Below the pieces are notes generated by a model. It saw nothing but the letters and a program-made list of their open reading frames with translations. It searched no databases and was not told the origin of the DNA. DNA of 63,812 nucleotides, the filler included, from Sphacelaria rigidula (taxonomy: Eukaryota): assembly GCA_964200075.2 (NCBI GenBank). It is 4 parts of 4 records of this genome, joined end to end, with 100 filler letters (N's around TTAATTAATTAA, not from the genome) between each part and the next. Parts side by side here need not be neighbours in the genome. Positions count along the whole stretch, not along the records: positions 47,943 to 63,812 come from CAXNAA020001561.1; 3 more parts are not named here. One strand, given 5' to 3'. A program made the position numbers and the translations under genes. This document shows positions 62,427-63,812 of this stretch, piece after piece. Each line of letters begins with the position of its first letter. Positions within the stretch are counted from its first letter, which is position 1.

Positions 62427-63713
62427 CGTTAGACGTTACGTTCACGTTGCGTTTAGGCCGAAAGGTAACGTGAACGTTAAATTTTTTTCACGTGATGAAC
62501 GTAACGTGAACGTAACTTTAAATTTTCAAATGAAACGTTAACGTAACGTTAAAAAAAATTACGTGACACACGTAACATAACGTGGACGTTTAATTGCCCA
62601 AACGTTCAAATCACGTAATATGAAACGTGTCGTGTAACGTGTAACGTCTTCTACACGTTACACGTGCATTAGATGTTACACGTTACGCGTAACGTTATAT
62701 GTTACGTTACACGTTACATGAAACGTCATGAACACGTCACATGAAGCGGTGAAACCTCAAGTTTGCAATGAATTTTAAAATTCTAGAAGATGGTGCTTCA
62801 ATAAACACGAGTGAGTTTGAATGACCATGGTAAAGGTATACCATTGCAGCAATTTCGCGCTCTCCCCATCACTGTGTTGTATGCATTGGCTGTTGTGATG
62901 GCTTGGCTGCCATCATCACTGCTGCCGCTGGTGGCCGCGGGCAGTCAGCGTCTTGCTTTATTGTCCTTCGCTCGCCAGTAGCGTGATGATCCTTACCCCT
63001 ATGAGAACAAAACAAGGCAGAGTCGATAACGAGTGCTGTCAGACACTCTGTATGTAGTTTGCACAGTAATGTAGCTTAGTTCAGGTCTGTGCATGCGGCG
63101 TGTTGCAAACAGCACTCGAATACAGTACAGACTGCCCAAGCACCCAAGCCCTGTAGACACTACAGCAGTAGCACTACTGCTTGTGCTGTGGTCTTGTGTG
63201 TACGGTCAGTGCAGTCCTGTCTCTTCAAGTCTTGGGTGCGTGGGCAGTCTGTACTGCATCGCGAATGCTGTTCGCAACATGCTGTTCTCATGGGGTGAAG
63301 AGCCACCATGATACTGGCGAGCGAAGGACAATGAAGCAACACGCTGACTGCCCGCGAGCACCAGCGACAGCAGTGGTGATGGCAGCCAAGTCACCATAGC
63401 TGCTGTCGTGGGCTGGAGGGTGTGTTGGCGTGCGGCGGGATTTCAAGCGCGTTTTCTGATCGCATAGGAAGAAGCCGACGGGTCACCGTCAGCGCCACGT
63501 ACACGGTAACATCACGCGTTACACGACACGTTACAACGCCCTAAACACTGGTAAATGAGCCGCGACATGCACAGAATGAAACGTTACATTCGGACGTTAC
63601 ACGTGTCAACGTAACGTTATATCAGATGTTACACGTGATATTGAAACGTTTCATATTACGTTACATGTAACGAAACGTAACGTTGATTTTTTTCACGTGA
63701 TTGAACGTAACGT
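62427..63713. mobile_element. Foldback-like element: ACGT/AACGTT-rich outer arms and ~120-bp inner inverted repeats
   Basis: Inner IR at 62893-63010 versus 63280-63400. Outer modules acgtaatatgaaacgt/acgtttcatattacgt and cgtgtcgtgtaacg/cgttacacgacacg are inverted. Confidence 0.7.
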
Positions 63714-63812
63714 TGTAATGCATGTGAGGACCGCGTGCTTCGAGGACCGCATCGGAATTTGAACATCCCCACGGTTAGGCTTAGGGTTAGGGTTAGTGTT
63801 GAGGTTAGGGTC
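63714..63812. mobile_element. Second copy of the telomere-repeat-bearing TIR element (cut by the contig end)
   Basis: tgtaatgcatgtgaggaccgcgtgc...gaggaccgcatcggaattt...ggttaggcttagggttagggttagtgttgaggttagggtc aligns with 22464-22562. Confidence 0.85.

Noticed and set aside
63770..63812. True telomere at the window end
   Set aside because: The repeats are degenerate and lie inside a TIR element that also occurs internally at 22464-22668.

Overview
Eukaryotic, repeat-rich genomic DNA. It is most likely a brown alga (Phaeophyceae, stramenopile); this is inferred from gene and repeat style, not proven. The window is not one locus: it is four contigs (1-15887, 15988-31867, 31968-47842, 47943-63812; 15887/15880/15875/15870 bp, i.e. 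sorted by size) joined by identical 100-bp N44-TTAATTAATTAA-N44 linkers. Hand-splicing at GT-AG sites gives these genes: an apparently intact RNI/NLRC3-like leucine-rich-repeat gene (minus, ~3.0-6.1 kb); a partial gene with tandem EH (Eps15-homology) modules (minus, 9.3-11.8 kb); the 5' part of a peptidyl-Asp/reprolysin-like zinc metallopeptidase gene (plus, 24.3-31.3 kb); a long low-complexity gene with an apparently frameshifted PH-like exon (plus, 34.4-47.4 kb); and an acyltransferase-3 exon (minus, 51.7-51.9 kb). Mobile DNA includes a decayed chromodomain-bearing Ty3/Gypsy element, a decayed APE-RT LINE carrying a nested tRNA-like SINE and a MITE, and several LINE 3' fragments bracketed by oligo-C tracts. 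There are also piggyBac-type (TTAA) and TA-flanked MITEs, a TIR element with telomere-like repeats inside, a foldback-like ACGT-rich element and minisatellites. No CRISPR, rRNA or true tRNA gene was found.
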